A DNA stretch of 64,000 bases from Leptolyngbyaceae cyanobacterium (GTDB taxonomy: Bacteria; Cyanobacteriota; Cyanobacteriia; Phormidesmidales; Phormidesmidaceae). Of the stretch, positions 58,442 to 64,000 are shown in pieces; position 1 is the first letter of the stretch, and every line of letters begins with the position of its first letter. The notes beneath the pieces were generated by a model. It saw only the letters and a program-made list of their open reading frames with translations, had not been told where the DNA came from and made no database searches. The translations under genes were made by a program, and so were the position numbers. Where the stretch lies: contig CBDHHL010000032.1 of NCBI GenBank assembly GCA_965263355.1, positions 1,792,001 through 1,856,000 of the forward strand, written 5' to 3'.

Positions 58442-61400
58442 ATGCGTTACCATCTGGTTGCTCTTAGTCTTGCCTCTGGGATTGGTTTTGTTGGTTTTGA
58501 TGCGTTATTGGCCCATGGTGAACCACTGCTTGCTTCGTTGATTCAAGCTAATGCTGATCTGTCAGAAGATGATATTGAGTCTGATGGGACAGATGATGAT
58601 ATTAGTCGTCTGCAAGCGTTGGGTGAGGCACAGGTACAACAGGCTCAGTTATTAGAGGCTATTACCACCTATAAACAGGTTTTGACAGCTTATCGACAAG
58701 TAGGCAATCGTAACGGTGTAGCCGCTACCCTAATTCGTCTAGCAGATACCTATAATTTACTTTTTCAGTATGACGACACACTGGCTGCAGTCAATGAAGC
58801 GCTAGTGATCTATCAGACGCTGGGGGATGCAACTGGCGAGGCAACTGCGCTAGATCGTCTAGGAATGGTTCAAGTGAATCTGGGGCACCCTCATCAGGGG
58901 CTAGCTACGTTACAACAAGCCTTAGAATTGCGACGGTCATTGGCCAATGTGCTCGGTGAAGCAGAAACACTGATGTATTTGGGTATTGCGCTGGTTGGTC
59001 AGGGAGACACTGGGGTAGCCCGTGAGAATTTACAGGTGGCGTTGGAGAGACATGAAGAGACAGAAAATGATTACTACACGGCGCTGACCCTTGTCTATCT
59101 TGGCCTGACGACTCTCCAAGTGGATGTTGAACAGGGACTAAAGCTGATGGAACAGGGGGTAACAGTAGCTGAGAAAATTGATCATAGGCCAACAGTTGCG
59201 ATTGCGCAATCTATCCTGGGTCATGTTTATCAAGCCCAAGGTCAGCTTGCCCAAGCCACAGAGTCTTTTTCAGCTGCTCTAGTTATCGCTGAAACTGCAG
59301 GTAATCAGTCATTTCTCAAAAATACTCAAGGCCAGCTAGCGGCTTTACTGATGACTCTGGGTAACCAATATTCCGAACAAGACCAACCTCAACAAGCTAT
59401 TGACGTTTACCAACAGGCATTGTCAGTGATTAAACAATTAGGCGATGCCCTTGAACCATCAGTGCTGGGTAACGTCTATCGCTCGCTAGGACATAGTTAT
59501 CATCAACTTGGAAAGAGACTATACACAGAGGAAAAGTTTGAAAAAGCCTTAGAAAACTATCAACAGGCTCTGACAACAGCACAGCAAAGTGTTGAAATAT
59601 TCCGTCAGAATGAGTTAAGTCAAGAAGAAGGCTCATCCTTAATAGATATCTGGTTGGTCTACAACAGTTTGATTGATACTTATGATTCTCTAGAGAATTA
59701 CGAAATGGCTCTGATATTCGTTCAAGAGCGTCTGGAGATTGCACAGCAAGGTGCTTTCTTAAAAACAGAGTCTGGTGAGCTTTTACAGGCACGTTCGCAA
59801 TCTCTCGCTGCTAACTTTTATGATTACTATGGCGCTCGATTGTTAGGGAGTACTCCTGATGAATTAAGAGCTGTTACACTTGATGAATTGAGAGCTGCAA
59901 TTGCTGTTGTCAAGCAAGGTCTGAGATATGCCCAAACAGCTTTAGATTTAGTTCAGGCTAACCCTACGATATCAGAAGAGATGACTTCAGCTTTAAGAAG
60001 CTTGTGGCAGTTAAGTTCTAGTTTGCAAGCCAAGTATGCTAGAGCTGCCCAAATAACAAAGGAAAATAATCCCGATGCTGCTATTCAAGATTATCAACAG
60101 GCACTTTACTGGAGCCAACAAGCAATAGATTTAGAAACAATTGTAGTTTCTAAGATTGATTCTAGCAATCATCCAATTAGTGAAGAGTCTCGACAATCCA
60201 TTCGACAGGGGCTATTGACTAGCTATATGGGATTAGCTGGTATTTATGAAAGTCAAAAGGCGTACAAACAAGCGTTAACGAACTACAACAATGCTCGTGT
60301 GCTTGCAGAAGAAGTAGGTGACCTGGAACGTCTGAAAATAACATTGGGAGCAATTTGGTCTTTCTATTCTAGAAAAGCAGATGACTATAGGGAGCAACAA
60401 CTTTATGACGAAGCAATTGCCGCCTATCGCGCTGGCATCCAAGTTGCTCAAGAACGTAATAATCCCAGGGAAGAACAAGTAATGCTGGCTAGCATTGCTA
60501 ATCTTCATAGACGTATTGGTGAATACAACAAGGCCCTAAGTGTTACTCAAGAAATGTTGCACCTTGCTCAAGTGAATGAGCGTCCCAGAGATGAATTCAC
60601 AGTCTGGAATTACATTGGTCACATACACCTAGATTTAGGCAACTACAGTGAAGCTCTTAACGCTTATCAAAGAGGTTTATCAATTAATCAAAAGCTAAAC
60701 AACCAGTTGAATGAATCTGCCAGCCTCCTCAATCTGGTAAATGTGTATACTGCGTTAGGTGACTATCAGAAAGCATTAGATGCTGCACAGCAAAGTATAC
60801 TGTTGGCAATGTCTGCTGAGTATATATCAGAGCAATTCGATCTGGAATTTGAATATTTACCCGACTATTGTTTATTTGATAATCTTGCAGATTATCAACA
60901 AGAAAGCTGTTCTCAGCTAGAACAGAATCAGACTGAGCGTAGTCGTACCAGTTATGAGGAGATCAAAAAAGTTTTTGCTAGTTCTGCATTCAATAATCTG
61001 GCTGCAGTTTATCAGAACATGGGTCGCTACCCTGAGGCCCTTGAAAATGTACTCCAAGCACTAGATTTGGTAAAGGATATTACGCTACGCGACAAGCATA
61101 GCAACTTAATTCTAATGTCATCCATCCATAGCGACTTAGGACAGCCTGAACAGGCTAGTGCTGCCTTACAACAGGCTCAAAAAATTATTGAAAGTTCAGA
61201 TGAGCGTGTTGCAAAAATTAATGTTCTGAATAATCGAGCTTTGCAAATTCTTGAGAACGAAAATGATGCCGAGCAAGCATTAACTATGCTCAATCAAGCA
61301 TTTTCACTTTCCCAAGAATTGGGCACTCGCCCTCAGGATATCTTCATTCTCAACAATAAAGGGCTTTTCTATACAGCCCAGGGTGACTATCCCCAGGCCA

Positions 61401-63676
61401 TTGAAACTTATCAAACAGCACTAGAACTGGCTCAAGAGATGCAGAACGCAGAAGGGCAGGTGGTTAGCCTTGATAACTTGGGTTCGCTTTATCTTGTTCT
61501 CGGACAGACAGACCAAGCTCTTGCCTATCGCCAACAGGTGCTGAATTTGGTGAGAACTAACGGTTCGCGAGGATATGAAAGTGAATTTTTGACTACCGCT
61601 GGTAAGGTGCACCATTATGCAGGGCGTCTGAAGCAGGCATTAGATTATTATCAGCAGGGGCTAACTCTGGCCCGAGAGCTGCAATTTCCCAAATCTGAAC
61701 TCTATGCCTTGAGTGAGCTAGGACGATTATATGCGGATCAGCAAGACTTTGCTAACGCAGAACGTACTTTGAAGGAAGCGTTGGGAATCGCAGATGTCAT
61801 CGGTAGCCCATTCCTAAAGACCAGTGTGCTCAGAAATCTTGGCAAAGCTCAAGTTGGCCGTGGTGACTATGAACAGGCACAAGCTACACTAGAAACTGGT
61901 TTAGTCCTAGCCCGTAAGGTCAAAGACAAATCGAGAGAAGCTAGGCTCCTGGCTGAGTTGGGATCCCTTTATAATGCTCAAGAGCAGCCTGAAACAGCTA
62001 CTATTTTCCTCAAACAGGCCGTGAATCTCTGGGAAGAAATTCGGGCAGGCTTACAGGTGCTGCCCAAAGACGATCAAGAATCCTTTACCGAAACCGTTGC
62101 CGATACCTATCGTCAGCTCGCCGATATCCTCCTTACCCAAGGCCGCATACTCGAAGCACAACGAGTCATAGAGTTGCTGAAAATAGAAGAACTGCGTGAG
62201 TTTACCTCCCAAACCCGTGCTGCATGGACAAGCAATGGGATTGTCCTCACCCCTGTAGAACAGAGAATTCAAGCAGCCCATGGTAGTTTAATTGCTGTCG
62301 GTCACGCACTACGAAAATGCAAGATTGAAGACTGTAGTGACGAAGAAGAACGTGAACTCGACTTACAGCGTGTTGAGCTAATTAAGGAATATAATCGGCA
62401 GACTCAAGCAGCTGTAGACATCTATAAGAGATGTTCAACTTCTGTTGATGATCATACCAGTTTATGCGTTGAGCCTATCGACCTCGGCAATCAAGCCACT
62501 AAGCTACTTGAGACCCATGAAAATGCTGTTCTTGTTTATCCATTAATCGTCAAAGATAAACTCTGGTTACTGTGGGCTGGTGAAAGCGGTACTGCCGGTA
62601 GGATAGAAGTCAATACCGTGACCCCAGAACACCTAGCTGAAACAGTAAAAGACTTGCGTATCAATATTGAACGTGGCAGACAGGGCTATGTTGATCACAA
62701 CTCCCTGCAAACCATGCAAGAACAGTCAGAAGAACTTTACGACTGGCTGATCCGTCCCCTAGAAGAAGAACTCACCAAAAATAATATCAAACATCTTATT
62801 TTTGCCCATGATCGCTACACACGCTATATTCCCATGGCAGCCCTTCACGACGGCAACAATTATCTAATTGAAAACTATGCAGTCTCCACTGTCTTATCCG
62901 CAAGCTTAACCCAAATAGACGACGCACTTCCCCCTGCTGATCAAGCATCGGTACTCGGTGTAGGCTTATCCGAACCAGTAGCCGCGTCTGAAACAATCCC
63001 TCAACCGTTCAGTGCATTAGAAAATGTCCCTTTAGAATTAGATGGCATTATCAAAGAAGAGACTAACGACGATAGTGGATTTTATCCAGGACAAATCTTC
63101 CTAAACGACACATTCAACGAAAAATTATTGTCAACCAAGGTAGATGAGCATCAGGTTCTACATATTGCCACCCATGGCAAATTTGAATTTGGTCAGCCTG
63201 ATAAATCCTTTATTCTTCTAGGTAACGGTGATCCGCTGTACATTCCTAAAATTGACACGCTGCTACCAGACCAGCTCAAAGATGTACATCTTGTTGTTTT
63301 ATCAGCCTGTGAAACAGCGTATGGTGAGGAGGGAAGTGATGGTACGGAAATTGCTGGGATCAGTTCTTACTTCCTAAAAGATAATCGTGCAGATGCGGTT
63401 ATGGCTTCCCTATGGGTTGTGGATGACGCTAGTACTAGCCTACTGATGCAGCGTTTTTACGAATTTCTTGCCACTGGTGACCTAACTAAAGCCGAAGCCC
63501 TCCAGCAAGCACAGCTTAGCCTACTTTATAACCAAGATGTCGCAACCCGACTCGACGCCGTACAACGTGCCTCCATCGAAGTTACCACCCATGAAGGACT
63601 ACCCGTAATCGCAAACACCTCCACCGCCCATCCCTATCATTGGGCTCCATTTATCCTCATTGGTAACGCCCTATGA
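58442..63676 (+). CDS. Large TPR-repeat CHAT-domain (caspase-like) protein
   Basis: Many TPRs; CHAT dyad VLHIATHG and VVLSACET; ASLWVVDD; HPYHWAPFILIGN. Confidence 0.93.
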   Translation: MRYHLVALSLASGIGFVGFDALLAHGEPLLASLIQANADLSEDDIESDGTDDDISRLQALGEAQVQQAQLLEAITTYKQVLTAYRQVGNRNGVAATLIRLADTYNLLFQYDDTLAAVNEALVIYQTLGDATGEATALDRLGMVQVNLGHPHQGLATLQQALELRRSLANVLGEAETLMYLGIALVGQGDTGVARENLQVALERHEETENDYYTALTLVYLGLTTLQVDVEQGLKLMEQGVTVAEKIDHRPTVAIAQSILGHVYQAQGQLAQATESFSAALVIAETAGNQSFLKNTQGQLAALLMTLGNQYSEQDQPQQAIDVYQQALSVIKQLGDALEPSVLGNVYRSLGHSYHQLGKRLYTEEKFEKALENYQQALTTAQQSVEIFRQNELSQEEGSSLIDIWLVYNSLIDTYDSLENYEMALIFVQERLEIAQQGAFLKTESGELLQARSQSLAANFYDYYGARLLGSTPDELRAVTLDELRAAIAVVKQGLRYAQTALDLVQANPTISEEMTSALRSLWQLSSSLQAKYARAAQITKENNPDAAIQDYQQALYWSQQAIDLETIVVSKIDSSNHPISEESRQSIRQGLLTSYMGLAGIYESQKAYKQALTNYNNARVLAEEVGDLERLKITLGAIWSFYSRKADDYREQQLYDEAIAAYRAGIQVAQERNNPREEQVMLASIANLHRRIGEYNKALSVTQEMLHLAQVNERPRDEFTVWNYIGHIHLDLGNYSEALNAYQRGLSINQKLNNQLNESASLLNLVNVYTALGDYQKALDAAQQSILLAMSAEYISEQFDLEFEYLPDYCLFDNLADYQQESCSQLEQNQTERSRTSYEEIKKVFASSAFNNLAAVYQNMGRYPEALENVLQALDLVKDITLRDKHSNLILMSSIHSDLGQPEQASAALQQAQKIIESSDERVAKINVLNNRALQILENENDAEQALTMLNQAFSLSQELGTRPQDIFILNNKGLFYTAQGDYPQAIETYQTALELAQEMQNAEGQVVSLDNLGSLYLVLGQTDQALAYRQQVLNLVRTNGSRGYESEFLTTAGKVHHYAGRLKQALDYYQQGLTLARELQFPKSELYALSELGRLYADQQDFANAERTLKEALGIADVIGSPFLKTSVLRNLGKAQVGRGDYEQAQATLETGLVLARKVKDKSREARLLAELGSLYNAQEQPETATIFLKQAVNLWEEIRAGLQVLPKDDQESFTETVADTYRQLADILLTQGRILEAQRVIELLKIEELREFTSQTRAAWTSNGIVLTPVEQRIQAAHGSLIAVGHALRKCKIEDCSDEEERELDLQRVELIKEYNRQTQAAVDIYKRCSTSVDDHTSLCVEPIDLGNQATKLLETHENAVLVYPLIVKDKLWLLWAGESGTAGRIEVNTVTPEHLAETVKDLRINIERGRQGYVDHNSLQTMQEQSEELYDWLIRPLEEELTKNNIKHLIFAHDRYTRYIPMAALHDGNNYLIENYAVSTVLSASLTQIDDALPPADQASVLGVGLSEPVAASETIPQPFSALENVPLELDGIIKEETNDDSGFYPGQIFLNDTFNEKLLSTKVDEHQVLHIATHGKFEFGQPDKSFILLGNGDPLYIPKIDTLLPDQLKDVHLVVLSACETAYGEEGSDGTEIAGISSYFLKDNRADAVMASLWVVDDASTSLLMQRFYEFLATGDLTKAEALQQAQLSLLYNQDVATRLDAVQRASIEVTTHEGLPVIANTSTAHPYHWAPFILIGNAL

Positions 63677-63839
63677 CATTGATGATGCAAACAATCTTCT
63701 AAACTTACGATGTTGGTAAGTTATCTGGAGCGATGCCGAGCGATCGCAATAATCCGCCAATTTATTAGCCCTACAACATTCGGCCACTAGCTCAGCCTGG
63801 GTCGTTTCGATAATTTCATCCGGTCAAACTAAAATTCAT

Positions 63840-64000
63840 CTACCTTAGTCCGTAATAATTGGGCACCCATGACCCATGTAATCCAGGGACTAACCGATGG
63901 TTTAACCATAGTCGACAAACTGGACCTGCGGCTAAATCTTTAGCATCCAGCACCACCAGCGACGAACGTTCCTGTGGATGGCTGTAAACCATGCCAATTA
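63840..64000 (-). CDS. Carotenoid cleavage oxygenase family protein, C-terminus (5' part outside window)
   Basis: IGMVYSHPQERSSLVVLDAKDLAAGPVCRLWLNHRLVPGLHGSWVPNYYGLR*; terminal LHGSW iron-ligand motif. Confidence 0.85.
   Translation of the reverse strand, partial: IGMVYSHPQERSSLVVLDAKDLAAGPVCRLWLNHRLVPGLHGSWVPNYYGLR

Noticed and set aside
41436..63676. Heterocyst differentiation locus (HetP, HetC-like, CHAT/HetF-like, Xis-like)
   Set aside because: No nif, hetR, hgl or hep genes here, and these families are widespread in non-heterocystous cyanobacteria. The CHAT protein does not have HetF architecture.

Overview
Chromosomal window from a cyanobacterium. Evidence: frequent HIP1 GCGATCGC octamers, cyanobacterial gene families, and GTAG-REP/MITE-like intergenic repeats; the style suggests a non-heterocystous filamentous Leptolyngbya-like organism (inference). 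About 1.8-38.5 kb is mostly housekeeping (family-4 UDG, pyrF, tyrS, PBP1A, gdhA, lepB, cbpA, mlaDF, yvcK, iscA, tpm, glsA, prolyl oligopeptidase, ABC-2 transporter, lpxB-like, larB/cpmA). The most notable region is an AT-richer, HIP1-poor cluster at ~38.9-49.4 kb. It holds a PEP-CTERM protein, three double-glycine-leader peptides with Ser/Ala/Thr/Tyr-rich beta-prone cores, a leaderless Ser-rich microprotein, a PpiC-type foldase, HlyD, a cNMP/C39-peptidase ABC exporter (HetC/PteB-like) and two HetP-family genes. Both HetP proteins carry an internal copy of the same GG-leader motif followed by a short cationic tail. Next comes an IS-mediated rearrangement scar joining a truncated alpha/beta-hydrolase to a truncated excisionase beside an intact tyrosine integrase. 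The right end holds ggt, a dynamin-like GTPase, an Rpn-family nuclease and a giant TPR-CHAT protein. An unannotated 53-aa mini-Rpn gene with the nuclease domain deleted lies at 14.8 kb. No rRNA, tRNA or CRISPR array was recognised. All calls are by eye; no searches were run.
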